64,000 bases of DNA from Candidatus Bathyarchaeota archaeon (GCA_963769425.1 CAVYLP010000001.1:224001-288000), one strand, 5' to 3'. Counted from the first letter of the stretch, positions 48,822 to 59,515 are shown. Notes: generated by a model not told the origin, from the letters alone. A program made the numbers and translations.

Positions 48822-50894
48822 GTGATCAGGGTCAGCGTCGACGTCGGCGGGACCTTCACAGACCTCGTCGCCCTAGACGAGGAGACTGGGAGGGTCGAGA
48901 ACATCAAGGTCCCATCCGTCCCGAGGAACCCGGAGAGGGGCGTAACTGACGCCTTCGAGGCGTTCCTGCGGGGGCACCAGCCGAGCGACGTGCGGTTGAT
49001 CGGACACGCGACCACCATTGCGACGAACGCGCTTCTTGGTCAGGTCGACCTCGACGTCCCACGTGTCGCCCTCGTGACCACGCGGGGCTTCAGGGACGTC
49101 GTCGAGATCGGGCGCCAGCGTCGCGCTGAGGTCTACAACCTATTCTTCAAGCGCCCCAAGATGCTCGTGGAGAGGAGACTAAGGTACGAGGTGGAGGAGA
49201 GGGTGGAGTACAACGGCTCCGTCTCGACCCCGTTAGATGAGGCTGAACTCGGCAGAGTGTTTGACGAGATCACCGGCCTAGGCATCTCATCCGTCGCCTT
49301 CTCGTTCCTAAACAGCTACGCGAACCATACTCACGAGGAGCGCGCCCTTGTCATGGCGAAGGAGAGAAGGGTCGCCCCCTACCTCACAGCCTCTCACAGG
49401 GTCAGCAACGAATACCGAGAGTACGAGCGCACGAGCACCGCCGTCGTCAACGCCACCCTCATGCCAATAATCCACCGGTACCTCACCCAGCTCAGCAAGG
49501 ACCTGAAGGGGATGGGTGTCGAGGCTCCGCTCTACGTCATGCAAAGCAACGGAGGCCTCTCCACCGTGGGGAACGTCTCCGAGAAGCCCGCCACAATAGT
49601 TGAGTCAGGCCCAGCCGCGGGTGTCATCGCCGCTGCCTGGCTCGGGAAACTCTCTGGAGCGGGGGACATAATCAGCTTCGACATGGGTGGGACCACGGCG
49701 AAAGCGGGGACGGTGCGCGGCGGGATGCCCGAGGTCGTCCCCGAGTACGAGGTCGCGGGCCACATCCACATAGGCCGCCTCGTCAAGGGGAGTGGTTACC
49801 CCGTCAGGTTCCCCTTCATAGACCTCGCCGAGTGCAGCAGCGGCGGGGGCACGATCGCGTGGGCTGACGAGGGAGGAGCACTCAGGGTCGGGCCCACGAG
49901 CGCCGGAGCCTTCCCCGGACCCGCCTGCTACGGTCGAGGTGGGGAGGAGCCCACGATAACCGACGCGAACCTTCTCCTCGGGCGCCTTAACCCCGGGAAC
50001 CTGCTGAGCGGCGGAATGCCCATCTACCCCGAGAAGTCAAAGGCGGCGCTCGCAAGGCTGGGGGAGAAGACGGGGATGGGTGCGGATGAAGCAGCGGTGG
50101 CGGTGATTCGCATCGCGAACTCAATGATGGGGAAGATACTCCGCATAGTCTCCGTGGAAAGGGGATACGACCCGCGCGGCTTCACGCTCGTCGCCTTCGG
50201 TGGCGCAGGCCCCATGCATGTCTGCGCCCTCACGGAGGAGCTCGAGGTCGCCAAGATCGTGATCCCGCCCAACCCGGGGATGTTCAGCGCCCTCGGTCTG
50301 CTGACCGCGGACATGTTCCACGACTACATCCGCCCAGTCGTCAAGAGGGTCACCGTGGTAGACCCGGGTGAGGTTGAGGCCGCGTACCGCGAGATGGAGG
50401 CGGAGGGGCGTGAGACGCTCAGGGGGGAGCACGTACCGCTGGAGAAGATGAGCTTCCTACGGCAGGCGGACCTCCGTTACCTCGGGCAGGCGTACGAGCT
50501 GACCGTCCCCGCCCCGAGGAGGATCAACGGCGAGTCCCTAGTCGCGACGCTAATTGCCTTCCACAAGCGACACAGAGAGGCTTACGGCTACTCTGCCGAC
50601 GGGGAGCCAGTCGAACTAGTCAACCTCAGGCTCAGGGCGATCGGAAATATCCCAAAGCCCGAACTTGGGGCTACCAAGCAGCGCGGTGAACCAAGGAGTC
50701 AGGAATCCCGGAAGGTCTACTTCGAGGGGAAAGGGTGGCTCGACACTCCGGTCTACCAGAGAGAAAACTGGGCGAGCGGATTCACCGGCCCCGCAATAGT
50801 TGAGCAGTACGACGCGACCACCGTCATCTACCCGGGCTGGGCGGTTGAGACGGACGGGGTGGGTGACCTCGTCCTCAGGAGGACAACCGTATGA
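48822..50894 (+). CDS. Hydantoinase A / 5-oxoprolinase subunit
   Basis: DVGGTFTD, EYERTST, ESGPAAG, DMGGTT, PGPACY, FGGAG. Confidence 0.93.
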   Translation: MIRVSVDVGGTFTDLVALDEETGRVENIKVPSVPRNPERGVTDAFEAFLRGHQPSDVRLIGHATTIATNALLGQVDLDVPRVALVTTRGFRDVVEIGRQRRAEVYNLFFKRPKMLVERRLRYEVEERVEYNGSVSTPLDEAELGRVFDEITGLGISSVAFSFLNSYANHTHEERALVMAKERRVAPYLTASHRVSNEYREYERTSTAVVNATLMPIIHRYLTQLSKDLKGMGVEAPLYVMQSNGGLSTVGNVSEKPATIVESGPAAGVIAAAWLGKLSGAGDIISFDMGGTTAKAGTVRGGMPEVVPEYEVAGHIHIGRLVKGSGYPVRFPFIDLAECSSGGGTIAWADEGGALRVGPTSAGAFPGPACYGRGGEEPTITDANLLLGRLNPGNLLSGGMPIYPEKSKAALARLGEKTGMGADEAAVAVIRIANSMMGKILRIVSVERGYDPRGFTLVAFGGAGPMHVCALTEELEVAKIVIPPNPGMFSALGLLTADMFHDYIRPVVKRVTVVDPGEVEAAYREMEAEGRETLRGEHVPLEKMSFLRQADLRYLGQAYELTVPAPRRINGESLVATLIAFHKRHREAYGYSADGEPVELVNLRLRAIGNIPKPELGATKQRGEPRSQESRKVYFEGKGWLDTPVYQRENWASGFTGPAIVEQYDATTVIYPGWAVETDGVGDLVLRRTTV

Positions 50895-52597
50895 TCGATA
50901 AGACGACCGTCGAGGTGATCCGAGGCGCCCTCGTCTACGCCGCAGAGGAGATGGGCATCGCCCTGAAGAAGTCGGCTTATAGCCCCAACATCAAGGAGAG
51001 GATGGACCACAGCTGCGCCCTCTTCGACCCGCAGAGGCGCCTCATAGCTCAGGCGGAGCACATCCCCGTACACCTCGGCTCGATGGCACTAGGTGTGCAT
51101 GAAGGGATCGCAGCTTACAAGGGCACGCTCGGGCCGGGGGATATGATCCTCTTAAACGACCCGTACATCAGCGGCACGCACCTCCCCGACCTAACCCTCA
51201 TCGCTCCCATTTACGAGGGCACACGTCTACTCGGCTACGCCGCGAACAAGGCACACCACACAGACGTTGGCGGCAAGGCACCAGGCAGCATCGCCGGTGA
51301 CTCCACGGAGCTATACCAAGAGGGACTCATCATCCCGCCCGTCAAGTTCGTGAAGGCGGGCGTCATCGACCCCGAGCTTAGCTGGCTTATCAGGAGCAAC
51401 GTCAGGACCCCGGACGTCCAGATGGGGGACCTACGCGCGCAGATAGCGGCCAACAACACGGGGATCAGACGTGTCCTTGAGCTCGCAGCACAGTATGGCG
51501 CGGACACGCTCCACTCGGCGATGGAGGAGATCATGGACTACTCCGAGAGGCGCATGAGGGCCGCCATCTCCACGATGCCGAGCGGCGTCTACGAGGCATC
51601 CGACTACATGGAGGACGTCCCCGGGGTGGGCCTCGCCGAGATCAGGGCGAAGGTCACCGTAGAAGGCGACGGCATCACCTTCGACTACTCTGGGACCTGC
51701 CCACAGGTCGAGGCACCAATAAACGCCCCGCTGGGGGTCACCATCGCGGGCATCTACTACACTCTCATCACCGTCACGGACCCGACCATACCCGTGAACG
51801 ACGGCTGCTTCCGCCCGATCACCCTCCACATCCCCGAGGGAACCATCATGAACCCGAGGAGACCCGCGCCGGTCGCCGGGGGCAACGTGGAGACGAGCCA
51901 GAGAAACGTCGACGTCCTAATGAAGGCGTTCTCCAAGATCACGCCCGGGAAGGTGCCCGCTGCTGGCCTCGGCACCATGAGCAACGTCAGCGTCGGCGGC
52001 ACCCGCCGAGATGGGACCCCCTGGACCTTCTACGAGACCATCGGGGGCGGTTCGGGTGGGCGCCCGGATAGCGACGGCGTCGACGGGGTACACGTAAACA
52101 TGACGAACACCATGAACACCCCCATCGAGAGCCTTGAAGCGTATCTCCCGATGCACTTCGTCTCCTACAGGCTGCGCCCAGACACGGGTGGCGCCGGGCA
52201 ATATCGCGGGGGCTGCGGGATCGAGAGGAGTTGGACTCTCACCGCCCCGAAAGCGACTCTCAGCATACTCGCTGAGAGGACGAAGATTCAGCCATGGGGG
52301 CTAAAGGGGGGCGGGGGCGGTGCCCTGGGTGAGTATAAACTCATTAAGAGAAGCGGTGAGACCCTGACTCTCCCCTCGAAGTGCACCGTCCAGATCGAGG
52401 AAGGGGACACACTCGTGATCCACACGCCGGGAGGGGGAGGATTCGGGGACCCAAGGAGGAGGGACCCGCAAAGCGTCCTCAGAGACGTTCTGAATGGTCT
52501 CGTCTCTCCGGAGTCCGCGGAGAGGGACTACGCCGTCTCGATCAGGGACGGTGCGGTGGACGGGGAGCGGACTCGCCTGTTCAGGGTTAGGCTTTGA
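50891..52597 (+). CDS. Hydantoinase B / 5-oxoprolinase subunit
   Basis: SPNIKE, HIPVHLG, NDPY..GTHLPD, HHTDVGG, TPGGGGFGDP. Confidence 0.93.
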   Translation: MIDKTTVEVIRGALVYAAEEMGIALKKSAYSPNIKERMDHSCALFDPQRRLIAQAEHIPVHLGSMALGVHEGIAAYKGTLGPGDMILLNDPYISGTHLPDLTLIAPIYEGTRLLGYAANKAHHTDVGGKAPGSIAGDSTELYQEGLIIPPVKFVKAGVIDPELSWLIRSNVRTPDVQMGDLRAQIAANNTGIRRVLELAAQYGADTLHSAMEEIMDYSERRMRAAISTMPSGVYEASDYMEDVPGVGLAEIRAKVTVEGDGITFDYSGTCPQVEAPINAPLGVTIAGIYYTLITVTDPTIPVNDGCFRPITLHIPEGTIMNPRRPAPVAGGNVETSQRNVDVLMKAFSKITPGKVPAAGLGTMSNVSVGGTRRDGTPWTFYETIGGGSGGRPDSDGVDGVHVNMTNTMNTPIESLEAYLPMHFVSYRLRPDTGGAGQYRGGCGIERSWTLTAPKATLSILAERTKIQPWGLKGGGGGALGEYKLIKRSGETLTLPSKCTVQIEEGDTLVIHTPGGGGFGDPRRRDPQSVLRDVLNGLVSPESAERDYAVSIRDGAVDGERTRLFRVRL

Positions 52598-53783
52598 AGT
52601 AGCCCCTTATCGCCACGAGGACGAGCCCCGCAGCGAAGCTGAAGGCGGCGCAGAAGTAGAATATCCACTCGATAGGCGCCACAGATACAATGCCCGCTAT
52701 GACGAACATGCCGAGGGTTCCGCCGATGCTCATCATCATCCCCCAGACGCCGGTAGCGGAGCCCCTGTCGGCCAGCGGGAGCGACTCCATGACGACGGCT
52801 TGGCTCACCGGGAACTCTAGGACGGCGCAGAGGCCGAGGACCCCCATTATGGCGATGAGCATGATGGGTGACTGTACACGGGGAAGGATGGTGAAGGCGG
52901 CGACGCTTACCAGAAGCCCGGTCACTATCGGGACGAAACGGCCTATTCTATCCGAGACTGTCCCCACGATGGGAAGGGCCACCGCCGTCATAAGGGCGTT
53001 CGCCGTCAGTGCGAGACCTATGTCCACGGTGCTGAAGCCCAGGACCCCTGCAGCGTATATCGGTATGAAGGTTGGGAGCATCCAGTGGCAGAAGGCATGG
53101 GCGAAGACAGCCGCCGAACCCGCGACGACCGCCTTGTTCGCGAAGAGGCGCCTCATGGTAGCGGGGAACTCCTTGACGAGCTTCGACGTCTGGCCCCCGA
53201 CGTTCCCGCCACTCTTCTTTTCATGGTCACCCCGCGTGAGGAGCATGAAGACGAAGACTGCTACCATGGCGACGACCCCCGCCATCACGAATATCTGGCG
53301 ATACTCGGGGAAGTAGAGGGCTAGGAAACCGCCGATGCTTGGGCCGATCACGGCGCTGACCGCCCAGCTCATGTGGTACCGTCCCATGGCGGCACCCACC
53401 TGATGCGGCGGGTAGAGGCTAGAGGCGTACGACTCCATCGGGGGAAAGAATATGCTCAGGCCGAGGCCGCTGATGAACATCCCCACGAGTGGAAGCCACG
53501 CGTTCCACGAAACGGCGTAGATGAATGGGACCAGCGCCACGAGGATGAGACCGATCATGATGAGCCTCTTCCTCCCGAGGACGTCGCTTAGCGACCCGGC
53601 GACGACCCTGAGGACACTCTGCTCGATGTTCCTGATGTTGTAGACGAGGCCGACGAGGGCGGCGGATATGCCTAGCTGCTCGAAGAAGAGTGGCTGGAAG
53701 CTCTGCGGGATCGTCTCCCCGAACTGCACCATGAAAGTGGCCCCCCAGAGGCCGAGGAATATCAGACGCTTCTTACTATCCAT
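52587..53783 (-). CDS. MFS transporter
   Basis: About 12 TMs; motif A GSLSDVLGRK / GTVSDRIGR. Confidence 0.9.
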   Translation of the reverse strand: MDSKKRLIFLGLWGATFMVQFGETIPQSFQPLFFEQLGISAALVGLVYNIRNIEQSVLRVVAGSLSDVLGRKRLIMIGLILVALVPFIYAVSWNAWLPLVGMFISGLGLSIFFPPMESYASSLYPPHQVGAAMGRYHMSWAVSAVIGPSIGGFLALYFPEYRQIFVMAGVVAMVAVFVFMLLTRGDHEKKSGGNVGGQTSKLVKEFPATMRRLFANKAVVAGSAAVFAHAFCHWMLPTFIPIYAAGVLGFSTVDIGLALTANALMTAVALPIVGTVSDRIGRFVPIVTGLLVSVAAFTILPRVQSPIMLIAIMGVLGLCAVLEFPVSQAVVMESLPLADRGSATGVWGMMMSIGGTLGMFVIAGIVSVAPIEWIFYFCAAFSFAAGLVLVAIRGYFKA

Positions 53784-53924
53784 GCTATCCCCATCGACTA
53801 AGCACGATAGCAGGCGATGGGGCGGGGATTAAAACCTTCCCAAAAAAGGTGATTGTCTCAAAAAATCCACAATCCTCGCGACAGAGTAGGGGTTATAAGC
53901 CTCCGACCCTCTGCAACTGCTGAT

Positions 53925-54170
53925 ATGTGTCTCGCTATCCCCGGCAAGATTGAGTCAGTCGATGGTAGGGTTGCCATAGTTGACTTCGGAGGCGTCAAGC
54001 GCGAGGCAATCGTCGACCTCATGGAGAAGGGCACCATAGTCCCCGGCACATGGGTCCTCGTCCACACAGGCTTCGTCATCCAAACTCTAGATGAGAAGGA
54101 GGCGCTGGAAACCCTCGAGGCGTGGAGGGAAGTCCTCGCCAACACACCGATGCCCGAGGACGAGTTCTAG
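53925..54170 (+). CDS. hypC: Hydrogenase maturation chaperone HypC
   Basis: MCLAIPGKI, VDFGGV, WVLVHTG, EALETL. Confidence 0.93.
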   Translation: MCLAIPGKIESVDGRVAIVDFGGVKREAIVDLMEKGTIVPGTWVLVHTGFVIQTLDEKEALETLEAWREVLANTPMPEDEF

Positions 54171-54658
54171 CTCCGCTTCAGTTCGTAGACTACCCCTTCC
54201 AGCCAGACACCGTTTATCTCGACAGCTCTCTTCTTGTACTCTATCTTCTTGAATCCGAGTTTCTCGAGGACCCTGATCGAGGGCATGTTGCCTGGGTTGG
54301 CCTCCGCGACGACACTCGCCACGCCGGACGCGAACAGGTGGGTGACCAGCATCCTCGTCGCCTTAGTGCAGTAGCCCCTCCCACGGGCAGATGGGATTAC
54401 GCGGTAGCCGATCTGGACCGAGCCGTTTTCCTGATGCCTGCCCACGATCTGCCCGACCTTCTCACCATCCGCGGTCTCGATTATGTACCAGAGCTGCCCC
54501 GGCTTCTCCCTCGGGAGCCACTCCTCCAGCTCGCCCCGGGAGACAGGCTCGAGGGGCTCGAACTCGCCCGAGTAGTCCGGGTCGTTGTTCCATCTGAGGA
54601 GGAAGTCGATGTCCTCTAGGCTGAAGGGCCTCAGGCGAACGGTCTTGCCCCTGATCAA
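54167..54658 (-). CDS. GNAT (RimJ/RimL-like) acetyltransferase
   Basis: VRLRP, IGY..ARGRGY, N.PSIRVLEKLGF. Confidence 0.88.
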   Translation of the reverse strand: MIRGKTVRLRPFSLEDIDFLLRWNNDPDYSGEFEPLEPVSRGELEEWLPREKPGQLWYIIETADGEKVGQIVGRHQENGSVQIGYRVIPSARGRGYCTKATRMLVTHLFASGVASVVAEANPGNMPSIRVLEKLGFKKIEYKKRAVEINGVWLEGVVYELKRS

Positions 54659-54740
54659 GCTGCCCTTGAACTTGTCTGGTGGCTAATTATCGTTTGCTGG
54701 TCTTCGGGTAAGCGGGCCACCTCTTCTATTCTGAAGGCTC

Positions 54741-55100
54741 ATGGTTGACTACTGGCGCGGCTTCCCAGCGGGGCCGAACGCACCCGAGGAGATATACGTC
54801 GTCACCGAGATAACCCGTGGGGGGCGGAACAAGTACGAGTACAGGCGAAGCAGGGCGTTTTCATCCTCGACTGCGTCCTCTACACGTACTACCCCTGCGA
54901 CTACTGCTTCATCCCCCGGACCCTAGACGACGACGGCGCCCCACTAGACGTGGTGCCACTCATAAACGAGCACACCTTCACCGGCTGGCGCACTTACGAC
55001 AAGATCAGCGTCTACGACGGTCTGGATGGGGGAGGCAACGAAGCTGATAGAGGTTAGCCAGAAGAGGTTCTGGGAGAACCACGCCAAGCTCAAGTCGTAA
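54741..55100 (+). pseudogene. ppa: Decayed soluble inorganic pyrophosphatase
   Basis: [12 protein letters not shown], then (shifted frame) [29 protein letters not shown]; LDR->LDC, YG->YC, DGDPLD->DGAPLD; much of the C-terminal half deleted. Confidence 0.8.
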
Positions 55101-55152
55101 CCTGGGGTCAGGCTTTTAACCCGAGTACATATGGCTGTGTAGGTCAGCCGCC

Positions 55153-56589
55153 ATGGAGTACAAAGCCGACGCCTTCCTCAGAACATCGGGATACATCCCC
55201 TCGAGGGACCAGTGGACCCCCGCGGACGAGGCACTCTACAGCGTCGACTTGGCGCTGAACGTGGAACCTGAGCGGGCGGAGGATTTGAGGCTGCGGGCCA
55301 TCAGGCACAGCGTCGCCAGATGGTACTCAGGGTGCAACTGGTACAGGCGCTACTGCAGGGAGTTCGACTTCGACCCCACAGCTCTAAAGACAACGGAGGA
55401 CATCGCCAAGGTTCCCCTAGTCTCCCACAGGTTCTTCAAGACGTACCCGGAGGGCCCAGAGTTCGCGGGGTGGCTCAGCCAGCTCTCCCTAGACGGCGCA
55501 CCGGTACCGGAGATAGGTAAGAAAAACCCGAGCATAGACGATGTCATCGAGGCATATGCCGCCACGGGCCTACAGGCCGTCTACAGCAGCGGCACGAGTG
55601 GCCGCTTCAGCTTCCTACCGAAGGATCAGACGACGCTGAATAGGTCACAGTACCTCATCGTGAAGCTGACCGTGGGCGAGTTCTGGAGGGAGTGGTACGA
55701 CCCTGAGAGCTACACATACCTACTCGGGCCCAACCCGGCGAAGACCAACCTCTGGGTTGGGAAAGTCGTCTACCCGCTGCCACGCGTCTTCAGGGACACC
55801 CGCTACGCCATCGACGCCGAGGTGACGACGCAGATGGTGAGGCTGAGCCAGGGTGATGCTCACGGCGTCGGTGAGAAGGCGATGGCGGCGGTGATGCCAC
55901 TCATCTCCGCTAGCAGGCGCATAGTCCCGAACATCATCAACTGGCTAGCGGAGCGGGAGAAGAAGAGGGACAAGATCTTCATCTGCGAGGCGCCCTTCAT
56001 CCTCCAGCGCGTCATGAATGAACTGAGGGAGCAGGGGAGGAGCTTTGACTTCGGTGAGCGGGGCGCCATAGTCACGGGGGGCGGCTGGAAGAATAACGAG
56101 GACGAGAAGCAGCCACACGATGCGTTCCGGAGGAACGTGGAGGAGACCCTCGGCATCCCCGGGCACATGTGCGTCGACCTCTACACGATGTGCGAGAGCA
56201 ACTGGCACGCGATACAATGCCCCGAGGGACACTACTTCCACCTGCCGCAGACCGTCGTCTACCCGATGGTGCTGGATGAGAACATGAAGCCGCTCCCGGA
56301 GGGGGAGGCGGGGCGCTTCGCCTTCGTCGACCCCCTCGCCAACAGCTACCCAGGTGCAATAGTCACGGGAGATATCGTAAAGCTGCGCGACCACTGCCCA
56401 GTCTGCGGGAGACCCGGCCCCGTTCTCGAACCAGACGTCCACAGGGCGACGGGGGAGGAGATGAGGGGGTGCGCCGAGGAGGTCCGCAGACTCATGGACA
56501 GCGACGGCTCCGAGATGATACACGACATGGTCTGCGCTCCCGACAGGAGCAGGATGCCCCTCATGCTCATGAAGAAGAGGGAGAGCTAG
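55153..56589 (+). CDS. LuxE-like acyl-protein synthetase (ANL adenylating superfamily)
   Basis: SSGTSGRFS, TGGGWK, DLYTMCE, FVDPLANSYPGAIVTGD, CPVCGR, RGC. Confidence 0.82.
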   Translation: MEYKADAFLRTSGYIPSRDQWTPADEALYSVDLALNVEPERAEDLRLRAIRHSVARWYSGCNWYRRYCREFDFDPTALKTTEDIAKVPLVSHRFFKTYPEGPEFAGWLSQLSLDGAPVPEIGKKNPSIDDVIEAYAATGLQAVYSSGTSGRFSFLPKDQTTLNRSQYLIVKLTVGEFWREWYDPESYTYLLGPNPAKTNLWVGKVVYPLPRVFRDTRYAIDAEVTTQMVRLSQGDAHGVGEKAMAAVMPLISASRRIVPNIINWLAEREKKRDKIFICEAPFILQRVMNELREQGRSFDFGERGAIVTGGGWKNNEDEKQPHDAFRRNVEETLGIPGHMCVDLYTMCESNWHAIQCPEGHYFHLPQTVVYPMVLDENMKPLPEGEAGRFAFVDPLANSYPGAIVTGDIVKLRDHCPVCGRPGPVLEPDVHRATGEEMRGCAEEVRRLMDSDGSEMIHDMVCAPDRSRMPLMLMKKRES

Positions 56590-57748
56590 TCTTCTGCAGG
56601 TTTCTCAGGCACCCCGTGTCTGCGGCGTAGGGGTTGTTGTGGTAGTTGTAGGCGCGTCCTCTGCAGCCTCCGCATAGGTACCTGAACTGGCACTTACCGC
56701 AGTGTGGCTCGAGAGCCTCCCTGTCCCAGAGGCTTGTCTCCTCCCCGAGCTTCACCCAGATGTCCCGGAAGGGAGTCTTCCGGATATTTCCGAACTTCCA
56801 CCCAGGGATGAACATGCAGGGGGTGATGTCCCCGTTCGGCTGTATGCAGCAGAACTGGCGACCCGCCCCGCAGCCCTTTATCGCCTCGAGGGGCACAGAG
56901 GGCCTCCCCGTGTTGGCGAGGGCCGTGTAGTAGGTGGGCGCCTCGATGTAGAACTGGTTGGCGGCGCTACGCGTCTCTATGTATAGCTGGTCCGGGTCGA
57001 TGTCCTCCCCGAGGCTGTACTCTAGGCAGACTCTATTGTACTGGGGAGCGGTGGAGAGCACCTCCAACCCGGCGGTCCTCCTCCTCTTCGCCAGCTTCCG
57101 CAGCAGCGCGTCCCTCTCCTCGGGTGACGGGTCCTGCTCCTTGATCCCCGGCGCGCGCCCCGTGGGGACGAAGTTGAAGTGGATGAACCTGTTCGCCCCC
57201 CAGCCCGCGGCGAGGTCAAGCATCTCGTCCACCTCCTCTAGGGTCTTCTTGGTGACCACCATGGCGACGGCTGTGAATATCTTGGCCTCTATGCAGTTCT
57301 TTATCCCCTGCACGGTGCGCTCCCATGAGCCGGGGACGCCCCGGAACTCGTCGTGCACCCCAGGGTGGACGGAGTCGAGGCTTATCTCGATGTAGCCGAG
57401 GCCCGCGGCCTTGAGGCGCTGCGCGACGTCCGGCGTGAGGGTGACGGCGTTCGTGGCGACCCCCACGTGCATCCCCTTCTGGGTGAGCCTGTCGAGGACG
57501 GGCCAGAAGTCGGGGTGTATGAGTGGCTCGCCCCCGGAGAGGACGGGGACTTTGACCCCTGCCTCCACGAGCTGGTCGATGAGTGTCATCTTCTCGGGGA
57601 GTGTCAGCTCGTCTGGCGTCGTCTCTGGGCCGGCGTTCTGGTAGCAGTGCTTGCACTTGAGGTTGCAGACGTTTGTGAAGTTCCAGATGACCATATGGGG
57701 AACGCGCCTAGCTAGAGCCCTCTGTATGCCGCCGCCCTGTGGAGCCAT
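56567..57748 (-). CDS. Radical SAM protein with SPASM domain
   Basis: WNFTNVCNLKCKHCY, SGGEP, CGAG..CCIQPNGDITPC, CGKC..LCGGCRGRA..D.GC; start uncertain. Confidence 0.92.
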   Translation of the reverse strand: MAPQGGGIQRALARRVPHMVIWNFTNVCNLKCKHCYQNAGPETTPDELTLPEKMTLIDQLVEAGVKVPVLSGGEPLIHPDFWPVLDRLTQKGMHVGVATNAVTLTPDVAQRLKAAGLGYIEISLDSVHPGVHDEFRGVPGSWERTVQGIKNCIEAKIFTAVAMVVTKKTLEEVDEMLDLAAGWGANRFIHFNFVPTGRAPGIKEQDPSPEERDALLRKLAKRRRTAGLEVLSTAPQYNRVCLEYSLGEDIDPDQLYIETRSAANQFYIEAPTYYTALANTGRPSVPLEAIKGCGAGRQFCCIQPNGDITPCMFIPGWKFGNIRKTPFRDIWVKLGEETSLWDREALEPHCGKCQFRYLCGGCRGRAYNYHNNPYAADTGCLRNLQKTSSPSSS

Positions 57749-57849
57749 ACGCCCATACACCGATCCATGGCTCTTATTCCCTTCGGCGAAAACCCCTGTT
57801 GGGAAAGACATTAATCGCCTGTTGAGGGCTATGCTCCTAGGTGCGCGTT

Positions 57850-59001
57850 TTGGACCACGAGCGCGAGTTACTCATGATTCCGGGACCGACGATGGTCTCA
57901 CCCAGGGTCCTCAGGGCCCTAGCCAAGCCGATTCTAAGCCACGGCGCGGCGGAGTTCACGGAGGCATACGCGGAGACGCTCAAGCTGCAGAAGAGCCTCT
58001 TCATGACGAGCGGTACGCCCTTCCTCCTCTCGGGGAGCGGGACACTCGGTATGGAGGCAGCAGCTGCTAACCTCGTTGAGAAGGGGGACAAGGTCCTCAC
58101 AATCGAGAACGGCTTCTTCGGCGAGAAGTGGCAGGAGATAGTCCCCGCCCACGGAGGAGTCGCCGACCGCCTCACCTTCGAGTGGGGCAAGGCAGTCGAC
58201 CTCAAACTGGTGAAGGAGAAGCTGAGCAAGGGCGGATACAAGGCCGTCTTCGTCGAGCACGTCGACACAAGCACGGGGATAGGAAACCCCATCGAGGAGA
58301 TAGGCAAGCTCGTCAGGGGTACCGACTCCCTCTACGTGGTTGACAGTGTCTGCGGACTCGGCGGCATGCCCCTCAAGATGGACGAGTGGGGCATCGACTT
58401 CTGCCTCAGCGGCAGCCAGAAGGCCATCGGCGCGCCGCCGGGCCTCAGCCTCTTCTGCCTCAACGAGAAGACGTGGAAGGCCATCGAGGGCAGGAAGACG
58501 CCCATCGCCGACTACTACACCAATCTCAAGAGGTGGCGCCCAATCATGGAGGACCCGAAGAAGTACTTCGCCACCCCAGCCACGGGGATGGTCCTCGGAA
58601 TGCTCGAGGCGTTCAAGATTATCCACGAGGAGGGGCTTGAGGCGCGGTGGAAGAGGCATGCCCTTTTCAGCAAGGCGTTCCAGGCGGGCATCAAGGGCAT
58701 GGGATTGACGAGCTTCCCCGACGAGAAGAGCCTCGCCCACACCCTGAGCGTCCCCAAGCTACCCGAGTCTGTGAAGGGCAGCGACTTCCGCGCCGCCATC
58801 GGCAAGTTCAACGTCATCACGGCGGGCGGGCTCGGCGCCGTCGCCGACAAGACGATACGCGTCGGCCACATGGGCAGCGACATGGTGAACGACATCACGG
58901 CCACCCTCGCAGCGATGGAGATGGCGCTCCACCAGCTCGGCTACGTCAAGGAACCGGGCGCGGGCGTAGGCGCCGCGATGAAGGTCTTCGCCAAGGCGTA
59001 G
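57850..59001 (+). CDS. Class V aminotransferase (alanine-glyoxylate / serine-pyruvate type)
   Basis: LMIPGPT, GSGTLGME, HVDTSTG, SGSQKAIGAPPG, IRVGHMG. Confidence 0.92.
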   Translation: MDHERELLMIPGPTMVSPRVLRALAKPILSHGAAEFTEAYAETLKLQKSLFMTSGTPFLLSGSGTLGMEAAAANLVEKGDKVLTIENGFFGEKWQEIVPAHGGVADRLTFEWGKAVDLKLVKEKLSKGGYKAVFVEHVDTSTGIGNPIEEIGKLVRGTDSLYVVDSVCGLGGMPLKMDEWGIDFCLSGSQKAIGAPPGLSLFCLNEKTWKAIEGRKTPIADYYTNLKRWRPIMEDPKKYFATPATGMVLGMLEAFKIIHEEGLEARWKRHALFSKAFQAGIKGMGLTSFPDEKSLAHTLSVPKLPESVKGSDFRAAIGKFNVITAGGLGAVADKTIRVGHMGSDMVNDITATLAAMEMALHQLGYVKEPGAGVGAAMKVFAKA

Positions 59002-59041
59002 ACCACACCCATTTTTTTAGGTCAAACACTCATTTCTACCC

Positions 59042-59515
59042 GTGTCTCTCAACAACACCTTCATGAGGAGGGCGTTCGACCTCGCCGTCTCCGCGGCGGT
59101 GAAGGGCAACCACCCCTTCGGCGCCGTCCTCGTACACAACGGCGAGGTCATCCTCACCGCTGAGAACACGGTCAACACCGCTAACGATCAGACGTGGCAC
59201 GCGGAGCTTAACCTGATCGCGGAGGCGAGGAGGACACTCCCGCTAAAGACTCTGGCGGAGAGCACGTTCTACGCCAGCACCGCCCCCTGTCCCATGTGCG
59301 CCTACGCTATCTGGGAGGCGGGGATAACCCGAATCGTCTACGGTGTTACCTACAACACATTCGCGAAACTCGTCACGAAGGGAGCCCCATACATCAAAAT
59401 CGAGGACATCTACAGGCTCCTAAAAACACCCGCCGAGATAACGGGGGATGTCCTTGAGGAGGAGGGGGTCAGGGGATACGCTCACTGGCCGAAGAGGGCT
59501 AGTTCCCCCTCTTAG
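59042..59515 (+). CDS. Nucleoside/guanine deaminase family protein
   Basis: PFGAVLV, HAE, PCPMC. Confidence 0.9.
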   Translation: MSLNNTFMRRAFDLAVSAAVKGNHPFGAVLVHNGEVILTAENTVNTANDQTWHAELNLIAEARRTLPLKTLAESTFYASTAPCPMCAYAIWEAGITRIVYGVTYNTFAKLVTKGAPYIKIEDIYRLLKTPAEITGDVLEEEGVRGYAHWPKRASSPS

